A stretch of DNA of 64,000 nt from Salpingoeca rosetta (Eukaryota > Protista > Choanoflagellata), in NCBI GenBank assembly GCA_033442325.1, contig JAWQFM010000017.1, positions 1,105,125 to 1,169,124 of the forward strand, given 5' to 3'. Positions 1 to 10,563 of the stretch are shown here, piece by piece. Numbering within the stretch: the stretch's first letter is position 1; each line of letters begins with the position of its first letter. The notes beneath the pieces were generated by a model. That model ran no database searches. It had not been told where the DNA came from and saw only the letters and a program-made list of their open reading frames with translations. The position numbers were made by a program, and so were the translations under genes.

Positions 1-812
1 TATGTGTGTGTCGTGTGTGTGTGTGTGTGTGTGTGTGTGATTTTCAGAAGACTACAAACAAGCTGCTTCGCCCTTTCCCCTAACCACACACTCGCACACG
101 GGCCTGAGCTTGGCAATCATGAATGTACCTTCTTTGCATGTGCAGGAGGTGCATGTTGCGGCAAAGTACGTGGTGCCCGTGCTGCTGTCTGTCTTGCACT
201 CATCACCTTCACATGTGCTGCCACTCAAACACACGCAATCATCTGATGTTTGTGCGCGTGTGTGTGAGGGTGTGAGAACAGGCGAAAAGATTCATGGTTG
301 CAAATGACATACAATGGTAATGATATGCACACAAGAACACGAACACCACCACCATCAACAACAGCACAAAAGCATCAACAACAGCACAAAAGCATCAACA
401 ACAGCACAAAAGCATCAACAACAGCACAAACGCATCAATAACAGCACAAAAGCATCAACAACAGCACAAAAGCATCAACAACAGCACCACAAACACCACC
501 CTTCGTACTTTTGTCGTCTGGGCCCCTGCTGGCGGCTGGGCACGTGAGCGGCTTGCACTTGTCCTTTGTCGCTGCGCCCGTGGTAGACGTGAATGTGCCC
601 GAGGGGCAGAGGTTGCAGGAGTAGCGTGGGAACTGTGTGCTGAATGTTCCACGTGCTGCAAAGGTGATGCAAGGGAAAGGAGATGAAGTTGAAAGCAGTG
701 GGTGCAGGTGTGCGAATGTGTGTGTGTGTGAAGAATGACGTGGTGTTGAGCAACAGGCGAGTTCAACAAAATGATAGCACTCGCGCCTTGCCACCGCCCA
801 CGTCACCGTAAA

Positions 813-894
<82 letters not shown>

Positions 895-1933
895 GCACGC
901 ACGCACACACACGCACACACACACACACGCACAAACACAAACACAAACACACACACACACACACAAACACCACAAGCAATCACCCTTTTCCCTACTCCCC
1001 AACACGCCCACGCACCACACGGTGTGCATTCTTCGCGGGCGGATGGCGAGACGGTGCCAGCGGTGCACGCGGGGGACGAGAGGTCTTGCTCGTACAAATC
1101 AAGCTGGTGCGCAGGGCTGCATATTGTGTGTGGAAGGGGGGTGGGGAGGAAGAGGGAGTGAGCGTGACAGGTGTTGAGAGTGACATGGGGTTGAGGGGGG
1201 ACAGGAGTGACGTTAGAGGGGATGGAATTGGCGTCGGGTGGATGGCGGCACGCTGTGAAGGGCAAGCACTCAGGTGCAACACATGCACGCGGAGTGTGTG
1301 TACACAGCAATGCGCAGGTGTAAACCGGCGTTTGTGTGTGCACAGGCACAAGTAAGCACACTCAAACTCACTGCATAATCACTTGCGAAGCAGAGACATC
1401 TGACGAGTTGACGGTGTAGAGGAAACACTCTCCCCTTCGCGCTGCGTTTCCAGCAGCAAACGCCTTGCATGTCGCGGAATGAATACACAGCACAGCACAC
1501 GCCTCCACAGACACGCGCGCAGAGACGGTGGTGGCGGCCGTGGTTGTCTGGATGTGCGTATCGGGCGATTCAACGAACGCAGTCTGGGCCAGTATCACTG
1601 CAGGTAGTGGTGTTGTGTTTGGTGGGCACCCAAAGTCCGAGAGTGGAAGAGTGAGCAAACATAGTCAAGCAGCAGCAGCACCAGCAGCAGCACCAGCAGC
1701 AATGGCAGTGACAGCAGAGCGGCCATGACAGCAGTCTTCCGCCTTGCAGCGCCATACCATGCTAAAAGCACACACACCCAGGCACACACGTCACTCACGC
1801 TGCCCGTATTTGTCTGTGCGTTCGTAGTGGGCGGTGGTTGCGTCATCTGTGGGCACAAACGTGTGCGTGAGGGAAGTGCCACGCGTGTCCGCAGCAAGCG
1901 AGCACGTGCCCGTTGTCCCGGCACTAAACGCAT

Positions 1934-1980
<47 letters not shown>

Positions 1981-1983
1981 TGT

Positions 1984-2017
<34 letters not shown>

Positions 2018-2767
2018 TTTGTTATGGGTGGTGCGTTATGTGTTTGTTGTTTGCATGTGTGTGTGTGTGTGCATGTGTGTGTGTGTGTGAAAGAATGAAC
2101 GCATGCGGACGTGTCGAAGTGAATGGCGGAAACAAGCAACCCATGTGGCTGAGCAGAATGTGGACAAGCAAACACAATTGAGCGGAAAGCATGCGAGACA
2201 TGACTGAAGAGCAGTAGAAGAAGGCACACAGTAGAACTGTGTGTGCATACATCCACCCGGTAACAACAGCATGGGGCTCACGGTGCAACACGTACGCTGT
2301 AAAGTCGAAGGATTTACAGGTGACATCAACGATGCACAGGCGTGCACACCGCTCCAGCGTCACGCCACGCAGTTGATCTGCATGCACATGTATGCACACA
2401 TGCACACAACACAAACACGAACACGAACACGAGCACGAGCACAAACAGCAAACAGCAAACAGCAACAGTTCGCGTAACGACCACACATCCACGTTAGTGA
2501 TGACAGTACATCTCACACGAACACGCGCCGCAAGAGTATGTGTATGTGTGTGATGCCATGCAACAGTGCAACGGTGTGTTTGAACTGAACAAGGCACATG
2601 CACGAGCCCTGATGTGGAAGTATGCATGCACGCATGCATGCACAAACAGCAACTTGTTGCAACTTGATGGCAAAACGTACGAATGTCCTGCTCCTCAATT
2701 TCATGCATTGGATATTTCACAAACGACGCCAGCGGCGAATCTGCACACACGACATACGTGTGTGTGT

Positions 2768-2813
<46 letters not shown>

Positions 2814-4782
2814 TGAACAGGGATCGCCACTTCCAAAACGATGTTGTGCAGTGCAAATGTAAATGGTGTGGGCGGCAGCATGCTCGCTGGAACGTACCAT
2901 TGTCAAGAGAACAATCGGTGGCAGCAGCTGCTCCAACGCTGGGCGTGGTGGTTCCACTTGGACAGGCAGAGCACGTCATGTGATCGCTGCTTGCCTGCGG
3001 AAATACCAACAAACAACAGCATACACGGGCGCACAAACAGGACAGATTTGCGCGTGAGACAGCCCAGCAAGGACAAGCACCAGACAGAAGCGATGAAACA
3101 GGGACGTCGCAGACGGCATGGGATTGTGGATGGGAAAGATGTCACTCGCTGAGGACCATCCATTCACTCATTCATACCGTGTTCAATGACACGTTCACCA
3201 TCACCAACCGACCCATGAAAATGCTCGCGAACACAACACAACACAACACAACACAACACAACACAACACAATACAACACAACACAACACATACACCGAGC
3301 CACTCACGTATGTTCCTTGCGAGCATGGAGCGCAGCCTGGGTAGCTGCCCGTCGTGGACACGTATCCAGCCGGGCACGAGCCCGTTGGAACGGCGGCGAT
3401 GGTGAAAGTGGGCGTCTGCGCGGACGCAACGAGGTTGTTCGTGGCCACCACAGCAACCTTGTACATGGTCTGGCATGATGATTGGGAGACAAATGGAGGG
3501 CAAGCACGAAAGCAGCGGTGAGCATGTCGTAAAGAGTCAGCCAAGTGTGTGTGTGGACAACACCACCACAACGGAGAGAGGGTTTGAGCAAGGTACACAG
3601 GCACACGACTGCAAGCAAGCACGCACTCACGACACGCCGGTGTACACAAGCAGGCATGCGTACTCAAGACTCACGCAGGCGCACACGCGCACACCCCCAC
3701 AACGACAACAACAACCCACATACATCAGGAGAGAGATCTGAGGGCACACGCCATGGAAAGGAGCCGTTGTTGGCAACGGAAGAGGCGATGGTGCGTTCCA
3801 ATTTGGGGCGAGACGTGCCACCACTCGTGGTCACGCGCAGCAAATGCACATCCACCTGCCGACGACAGCGCATCAGCGAGCATGAAAGTGGTGCATGCGT
3901 GCATGCATGAAAAGGAAGCAGTTGCACAAGAAGGATGTAACATGTACAGCATGGCACACAAGAACGCGGAGAACAAGCAAGAACGCGGAGAACAAGTGGG
4001 TGTTGCATGCGAACGTGCGAGATTTCAACCGCACCGCCTCCACTTGGACGTTTGCGATCCATGTCACAGGACACGGGCCCCCCAGGTAACACGTTGTTCC
4101 AATGGTAGGTGTGACCACCTCATGCACCAAAGCATCTGTCCACAATAATCACCGCAGCCACCACAGAAATAAGCATGCACACTGATACGCACACACGCAC
4201 ACACACACGCACACGCACACGCACACGCACACACACGCACACGCACACGCACAGACACGCATACAGACACGCACACGCACAGACACGCATACAGACACGC
4301 ACACACACGCACACGCACACGCACACACACACAAGGCACACCTGGGATGCATTTGCAGTCTGAACACTGAGTGGAGGCGAAGGTGTCAAAGCCGTCCAGG
4401 TCGTGCGTGCATGCAGCGGAGTTGGAGTCGCTGGTACACGACGTGCCAGGCTGGCACTTGCACGTGTTGCTGCCTCCGCCAGCTACAGGCGAAGCACTGT
4501 CTGGGCAACTGGCCTCGCACGCCACCGCAGCTAACGCTGCAGCAAAACCCACCAAACACACCACGAAGGTGAGCACCACAAGCCAACCACACAACAGCAC
4601 CTGCCGTTCCACGACCTCTCTCAACTGCTCTGCTGTGCAGAAATGTAAACACAAGGACAAAGGACCACCATGCAATCAAGCCAGCAAATGTCAGCAAAGG
4701 TCCAACACAAACAAAGAGCTGTCACCGACCCACCTGAGATGACGACGGCACAGCGCAGCAACAGCGGCATCGCGTGCGCCAT
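1..4782 (-). CDS. Multi-exon secreted/cell-surface protein: signal peptide, Cys-rich module, Kre9/Knh1-like Ig domain, ephrin-receptor-like (GCC2_GCC3) repeats, two PAN/apple domains; 3' end beyond the left edge
   Basis: Exon 1 4782/4770-4734 ([12 protein letters not shown]) splices GT-AG to 4536-4342 ([13 protein letters not shown]...CKCIP), forming a signal peptide. Later exons (approximate): ~4130-4035 [20 protein letters not shown]; ~3855-3724 [17 protein letters not shown]; ~3470-3308 [32 protein letters not shown]; ~2993-2897 [10 protein letters not shown]; ~2378-2305 [24 protein letters not shown]; ~1924-1799 CSL..HYER; ~1598-1372 [25 protein letters not shown]; ~1110-1020 LDLYEQ..CTAGT..CTPC; ~655-508 [10 protein letters not shown]; ~240-128 CLSGSTC..CTSCTC. 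Confidence 0.75.
353..488. repeat. Intronic 20-bp minisatellite (CATCAACAACAGCACAAAAG), about 6.5 copies
   Basis: The unit acagcacaaaagcatcaaca recurs at 361, 381, 401, 421 (variant), 441 and 461 with no spacers. Confidence 0.95.
815..970. repeat. (CA)n microsatellite, representative of dozens of intronic/intergenic CA/GT and CAACA/TGTTG tracts in the window
   Basis: Seen directly. Similar tracts at e.g. 1934-2088, 18371-18421, 24538-24600, 27306-27524, 32818-32889, 33082-33200, 36236-36494, 61292-61439, 63667-63732. Confidence 0.98.
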
Positions 4783-5440
4783 CGCGACTGCCCGAGTCAA
4801 CCAACAACCAAACAAAGGACGCGGGGTAGCTCCTGCTCGAGTCACGCCACGAACAGCCAGCCAAGTCGCACTCACAGCAGACAACACAAGGAGAGAGGAG
4901 AAAGGTGGCAGCAAAAGCAAAATGGGGCGACGAGGAAGGACAACAACAACAAAACCGGCGCCGCCATCGCCAATTTTGACAAGTCCAACACGTTTTGTTT
5001 GCTGTTGCCACCCTCAACCAACAACCCTGACAACCCATTCACCCACACACCCAGCCAGCCCAGTCGCCCAGCCACACCATGTGTGGCAGCAATCCCATGC
5101 CCCTTGTGATTGTGTCACGGCAAGTTCTTGCGTTGCGTGCGCGTTGCGTGCAGTCGCAACACATGAATTGTGAGCAAAGGGCAGCAACACGACAGATCCA
5201 GAGGATGGGTCGCAAGACATCCAACAAACAAAGGCAAACGATGCAAGAAACCAGTCAGGTGACACAGTAAAGCAGTGACGTGACAAGCAACACAGCAGCA
5301 ACACGACCCTGACTCAAAATATAAACATAAACAAACAAACCCGCAACAGCCAGCACAGCACACAAAACACCACACCACCACAGTAATGCCATGATCTCAT
5401 TTCCACCACCCCTCTTCCACCCAGCACACCAGCTGGTATC

Positions 5441-8332
5441 ATGACCTCGACAGCTACAGGTACCAGCGCCATGTCTCAGCCCTCGGCAATAATCATCCTC
5501 ACCGCCGCCATGGAGCGCCAAGTACACACGCTTGCCGGCCACGTCGCGTGCGCGTTCCAAGCCATGGCCTTGAGCATTCCGCCAGAGGTCATCTTCAAGA
5601 TTGCGGAGCTTGCAGTTGTTGCCATCGCCACCCAACACCAACAGCAACAGCAGCAGCACCAGCAACCACAACAAATTGGAAGCACATCAGCGCACCTTCG
5701 CCACCACCGCAGCAATCACCACAGCAGCAGCCACAACAACAACAACAACCACTGCGCTCAGCCAGCACCTCACATCTTCAACGCCACTCAAGAAGACATT
5801 GTCGCCGATGCGCCCGCGTTCCTCGCAAGCATCTTCCGGGAAACAGTCTTCCTGCAGACGCACGAGCACATTGCGCCGTTCCTCCTCCCGCTCCTGCACC
5901 GGGCCCGCCTCATCCCACTGCCGTCGCCAGCCGATCTTCAACGGGGTGAACCGCGCCACGCCCCACAAGACCAGGAAGAGGTGGACGAAGAAGAAGCAAC
6001 AGCAACAGCAGCAGCAGAACGACAACAGGCAGGAGGCGCGCGAGAAGCAGGATCATCACATGGCTACCACCATCACCACCACCACCACCAAGAACAAGAT
6101 GGCAAGTCCCAAGAACATCCCTGCTGTGAGAGCTTTGGCAAAGCCATCGAGGGTGACGCACGCGCCGAGACGCACGACGACACCAGCTCGCACACGCGCT
6201 CATCATCCATCCACTCATCATCCATTCACTCATCATCCATCCACTCAAGCAAGAACACGGCTAGCCTCCGGCGATGGCAGAGGCGCAGGCGGCAGGAGAG
6301 AGCGAGCTTGCTGCAGGACTACGCGGTGCAACGTGTCGCGGCAATGCCGCAGCTCATGCCACTGCATGGATGCCACGAGGCCCGCAAGGCCGCGCTTTGT
6401 CGACCGCGGGGCCTGGCCCTTATGGCCGGCGTGCCGCTCCCCGGCCACGACGACATCAGCCAGGACAGCCGACGCATGCGCCGCCTCCAGAGCACATCTG
6501 GCAGGTTTGCTGGCAAGCGCAGCAGCGACGACGCAGGCCCTCACAAACATTACCACCGCAGCATCAGCAGCCCCGCCATGGCAGCACTGACGACACCAAT
6601 GCATGCCACCAACCACTCAACAGCAGCGCACAAGAAGGCTACGCCTGCGACCGACGCAAAGCACAAACATCCAACGCCAAGCCTCCCCTTGGCCAACACG
6701 CTGCTGTCGCCAGCCAAGATGACCCCGCCATCGACGCGAACACCGAGCCTGTCCCCTGCACCCCGCTCAGGCGACGGCGGCGGCGATGAGGATGACGAGG
6801 TGATGACGGCAGTGGGCTGCGTCATGTCGTGGTGGCGGGAGGATGTGGAGCAGACGCACGGTTTGCGCACCATCAGCCACCGCGAGCACGTGTGGGGCTG
6901 GTCGGGCGCCCTCACCCCGGCCGTGCGCAAGGAGAAGCGGGCCATCGCGCAGCAGTTGTGTTACCGCCTGTTTGGCTTTGCGCCCGGTGCAGTGCTGCCC
7001 TACCACGCAGAGACACCCGGCCTGAACGAGTTTCTCGCCTGCGTCGTCGCCATGGACATCCTGGGGCCCTGGCTTGACGAGGTGCACCTGCTGCACGTGT
7101 GTGCCTGCATCCGGGCATGCACCCCCTTCCTGCCCACCAACAACAGCACCCTCGCTGCCCTGTACGACACGTGCATGCGCATCTGCGTGGAGGACCTGCC
7201 CTTCCTCAGGCCGCTGCCGCTCGCCGTCCTGCAGCGCACCATCAAGCAGAAGGTGGAGAGCGCGTGCCGGCTGGCCACCAAGGTGGTGGGCCACTTTGCC
7301 GCCAAGGACACGCGCGTGTTCCTCGCCAACGCACACGCGCAGCTGCCATACCAGGGGGCCGCCCTGCGCGGGCCAGCCACGTGCACGCTTCTCCATGCAT
7401 GGCTGCGGGCGATGGCAGAGACCATCCACTTCTTCGACGCGCTGCTGGCAGAGCCAGACCACATCTTCCCGCGCTACGGCGACGTGCGCACGGACGACGA
7501 GCACCAGCGGCTGCAGGACAGCGCCGCGCGGAACCTGCGACGAGCACGCGTCTTTGTTGGCGCGCAGTTCATCACCGCAGCCATCATGCAGGCCGTGCTG
7601 GCGCTGACGGGGTTTGACATCGACACGGCCCCACTGCACGAGCTGTTGCCGCACGCGGCCGCCTCTGCTGCCCTCGCTTCATCTGGCCACAATAGCGATG
7701 CTGATGATGGTGTGGCGAGAGATGGTGACGCTGGCGAGGCGAAGGGTGGTCGTGATGCACGACTTGAGGGCCACCACAGCCCCAGCAGCAACAGTGGCAA
7801 CAACAGCAGCGGCAGTGGCAGCAGATTTGCCTTTGATGACGAGCGTGTTGCCGATCACACATATGCAGAGTGGCTTCTGCATGCCGGCTTTGCACTCAGC
7901 GAGAAGGCGGCGACGAAGAAGACGGCGACGAAGGAGAAGCGTGACGATGGACCTCAGCTCCAACAGCATGCACAGCAGCAGCAGCATGCACAGCAGCAGC
8001 AGCATGCACAGCAGCAGCAGCAGGGGGAGGAGGAGGAGGAAGAGGAGGAAGGCGCGCCTTCTGCGCAACGCGATTGCAGCGCTGCGTTCCGGCAGTTGTC
8101 CCTGGGGGTGCTTCACGCCCTGGGGGAGACAGAGGCTGGGGACAGCCGCAATGGCAGTGACGCACGCCGGTGCAGCACGAAGCTGGATACAACCAGGCAC
8201 GCAGTGTTTGAGCAGTGCTTGGACATGTGCTTCTCGTCTTCGCAGGGGCAGCTGGACATTCCCTCCTTTCTCGCACACATGCCAGATCCGGCCGTGGTCG
8301 TGGTGGCCAGCTTTGTTGACAGGTGCATGTGA
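5441..8332 (+). CDS. Intronless 963-aa protein resembling a bacterial (cyanobacterial-type) HD-like hypothetical family, with low-complexity insertions and a degenerate HD motif
   Basis: Long ORF with coding-like codon usage. Blocks PHIF..FLASIFRETVFLQ, LFGFAPGAVL..GLNEFLACVVA..L..CACIRACTPF, RLATKVVGHFA..FLANAHAQLP and IFPRYG..AARNLRRARVFVGAQF match, from memory, the order of the family motifs FHTPEHIF..AALFHDxVYxQ / FGFxPGQ..GxNEFLSA..IxACIEATIPF / RLANRDV..FLDNTWxLLPE / A.RNL..ARxYLxxK. Confidence 0.7.
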   Translation: MTSTATGTSAMSQPSAIIILTAAMERQVHTLAGHVACAFQAMALSIPPEVIFKIAELAVVAIATQHQQQQQQHQQPQQIGSTSAHLRHHRSNHHSSSHNNNNNHCAQPAPHIFNATQEDIVADAPAFLASIFRETVFLQTHEHIAPFLLPLLHRARLIPLPSPADLQRGEPRHAPQDQEEVDEEEATATAAAERQQAGGAREAGSSHGYHHHHHHHQEQDGKSQEHPCCESFGKAIEGDARAETHDDTSSHTRSSSIHSSSIHSSSIHSSKNTASLRRWQRRRRQERASLLQDYAVQRVAAMPQLMPLHGCHEARKAALCRPRGLALMAGVPLPGHDDISQDSRRMRRLQSTSGRFAGKRSSDDAGPHKHYHRSISSPAMAALTTPMHATNHSTAAHKKATPATDAKHKHPTPSLPLANTLLSPAKMTPPSTRTPSLSPAPRSGDGGGDEDDEVMTAVGCVMSWWREDVEQTHGLRTISHREHVWGWSGALTPAVRKEKRAIAQQLCYRLFGFAPGAVLPYHAETPGLNEFLACVVAMDILGPWLDEVHLLHVCACIRACTPFLPTNNSTLAALYDTCMRICVEDLPFLRPLPLAVLQRTIKQKVESACRLATKVVGHFAAKDTRVFLANAHAQLPYQGAALRGPATCTLLHAWLRAMAETIHFFDALLAEPDHIFPRYGDVRTDDEHQRLQDSAARNLRRARVFVGAQFITAAIMQAVLALTGFDIDTAPLHELLPHAAASAALASSGHNSDADDGVARDGDAGEAKGGRDARLEGHHSPSSNSGNNSSGSGSRFAFDDERVADHTYAEWLLHAGFALSEKAATKKTATKEKRDDGPQLQQHAQQQQHAQQQQHAQQQQQGEEEEEEEEGAPSAQRDCSAAFRQLSLGVLHALGETEAGDSRNGSDARRCSTKLDTTRHAVFEQCLDMCFSSSQGQLDIPSFLAHMPDPAVVVVASFVDRCM

Positions 8333-8692
8333 ATGAACGCGTGTGTGTATGTGTGCGTGCGTGCGTGTGCGTGTGTGTGTGCGTGTGTGCGTGCGTGTGT
8401 GTGTGCGTGCGTGTGTGTCCATGCCCACGTGCATGCGCTGCAGCCATTTCTGCTTCCAACAAACTCAAGAACTCACAAAGTCAATTCACATTGTCTGCTT
8501 GGTTCATGTAATGTGGTTGAGGCGATTCACTTGCCGAGACACGCGTTGACAAAATAAAATGCACTCACTGTTCATGTATCCGTCATCCATTGGTTCCTTC
8601 AGACAGCAACACGCACACATACACACACGCACACGCACGCGCACATACACGCACACGTGCACACGCACCCTCTTCTACTCGCTCCCACCAAA

Positions 8693-9961
8693 TCACGCGT
8701 TCCCTCTCGCGTCGTCATCATCTTGGTCGCTGTGCTCCTGTTGTGCACTGCCATCAGCTCCATCCTCATTCACCGACACATCCTCATCTGCCAACGCCTC
8801 CTGGTCGTCCCCACCATCACTATCATCGTCGTCGACAGCACCGTTTGCTACTGGCCACTCGCCACCACGCAGCAGGGCGTCCACACGTGCCGTGCGCTGG
8901 GGGCGCAGGTTTGCAATCGCAAACGCGTCCTGCGGGCGAGCAGAGAGCTGGGCCAGAAGTCCAGTGCGTGTGGTCCTGTCGCGGCGGTTGCGCTTGGGAA
9001 ACACCTTGCTGCCCCAGTGGTTTGTGACGCGGTTCGACGCAAACGCTGTCTCGAGGGTGTTCACGTGCTGCTCGTCCACGTCCTCCCTTGGACGGTGGCA
9101 GACATAGACGACACCGCGCCACTGCGACCAGGGGTCACTGCGATCGATGGGGGCGTGCTTGTCCTGGCCCTTGGCCGAGTGCACGAGGGAGGAGAGCCAG
9201 AGGATCATGCTGCCCTTTCTGGCGTGGACGCACGTCTGGTAGGCGCCACCGGTTGCGCGCACATACGCGGCGATGGCGCGACAACCGTCCTCGCGGAAGA
9301 GGTGGAAGTCGGAGACAGCGGAACGGCACCCGCCATCGAGGTCCAGGAGCTCTTGCAGGTAGTGGTGGGACGTTGGGGAGCAGCGGAAGGCGGCCGTCGT
9401 GTTGGTGAGCACGACTTGACCCTGGATGCACTTGAAGATGTTGTCTGTGTCGTGGGTTTGGTCGACGTGGGCCCAGTCCTTCTCCGGGTCGTGGAAAGGC
9501 GCGGTGGGCGGCTTGACGTTGATGCCGTCGCAGCTGGTGACGAAGCGGGTGATCTCGCGCCCGCGCAGGCCGCTGTAGGCATGCTGGAAGACGTTGTGCA
9601 CGCGGTCGTCGCTGCGGATGTCCCACACCACGGGGAACTGGGCCACCAGGCTGTGGTACATGCCCTGCCGCGGCCCTGCGGGGAGGTTTTCGCGGGTCCA
9701 GGTCTTTGGCTTTCGGGTGAGCGCCGGGGAGAGCGCGTGGAGCGAATCCGCAAGCTCATCCATGGCGGCGTTGCACTCCGCGTCCGTGAAGACATTCTCC
9801 ACCACCACGACGCCATGCGAGCGGATGTGGTCGGTCAGCCGCTGCCGCAGCTCTGGGCTGGCGTAGTCCACGCGAGGAATCACCTTCTCACACGCACACC
9901 CAATGGTGCTGTCAGAGCTGGCTGTGGCCGGTGCCTTGGCAGAGTCGGCTGTGGTCGTCAT
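8693..9961 (-). CDS. Phytanoyl-CoA dioxygenase (PhyH)-like 2OG-Fe(II) oxygenase, intronless
   Basis: 422-aa ORF with HGVVVVENVF, HxD iron ligands in WAHVDQT, CIQGQV, the distal His in GSMILWLSSLVHS, the 2OG-binding Arg in RGVVYVC, and NRVTNHW; acidic tail. Confidence 0.85.
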   Translation of the reverse strand: MTTTADSAKAPATASSDSTIGCACEKVIPRVDYASPELRQRLTDHIRSHGVVVVENVFTDAECNAAMDELADSLHALSPALTRKPKTWTRENLPAGPRQGMYHSLVAQFPVVWDIRSDDRVHNVFQHAYSGLRGREITRFVTSCDGINVKPPTAPFHDPEKDWAHVDQTHDTDNIFKCIQGQVVLTNTTAAFRCSPTSHHYLQELLDLDGGCRSAVSDFHLFREDGCRAIAAYVRATGGAYQTCVHARKGSMILWLSSLVHSAKGQDKHAPIDRSDPWSQWRGVVYVCHRPREDVDEQHVNTLETAFASNRVTNHWGSKVFPKRNRRDRTTRTGLLAQLSARPQDAFAIANLRPQRTARVDALLRGGEWPVANGAVDDDDSDGGDDQEALADEDVSVNEDGADGSAQQEHSDQDDDDARGNA

Positions 9962-10134
9962 CTCTGCTGTGGTCAGGCGAGTGTGGTTTGGTGGTTGGTG
10001 GTTGGTGGTTGGCTTGGTGTTGGTGGTCGGTGTTGGTGTGGGGGGGGGGGGGCAAGGAAAATGGTGAACAAAACGACAAGCTTGTCTTGCTTGTTCGTCT
10101 GTTGTGTTGGGGGGGGGGGGTGTGGTGTTCTGTT

Positions 10135-10154
10135 GTTACGCAGGCCTGCGTAAC
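10135..10154. promoter_or_regulatory. Perfect 20-bp palindrome GTTACGCAGGCCTGCGTAAC in the divergent intergenic region
   Basis: Self-complementary sequence seen directly. A regulatory role is inferred from its position between the PhyH and SAMD9-like starts. Confidence 0.35.
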
Positions 10155-10563
10155 CGCAGGTGAAGGAGAAGGACAGTGAACTAGTGAATGCTCTGTGGAT
10201 GTGCGTGATGGAATGAATGCCACACAACAAGGACACAGGAGCAAGCCACTGGAACGAGGAGAAGCTTTGATGACTCACTACGATGGCTGGCAGTGTACCC
10301 AGTCATGTGCTCATGTGCAATGTGAGGAGCGGAAGAAGAGACTAAGAGAAGACGCTCCCTCTCCGTCCGTGCTGTGTGTCACATCACACTTCTCTTGTCA
10401 CATGTCGCATCTTGGCTGTTGTGGTTTGTGTTGGAAGTGTCAATCCGCTGACTGATGTGTTACATGTGTGAATCAAAAATGGACGGTTTCCCCCATTTTG
10501 AGATTAAAAAGCCTGAAAGTGCCTCCCTTCCTCCTTCATGTCAACATCCAAAGACAGCACAGC

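Noticed and set aside
353-488. Regular 20-bp repeat as a CRISPR array
   Set aside because: Head-to-tail units with no spacers, eukaryotic intron context and no cas genes.
771-2957. Many ORFs rich in HT/CV dipeptides (here and throughout the window)
   Set aside because: They are translations of (CA)n/(GT)n microsatellites in introns and intergenic DNA.
8657-10153. 498-aa plus-strand ORF
   Set aside because: Antisense shadow of the GC3-rich PhyH gene, with no recognisable motifs.
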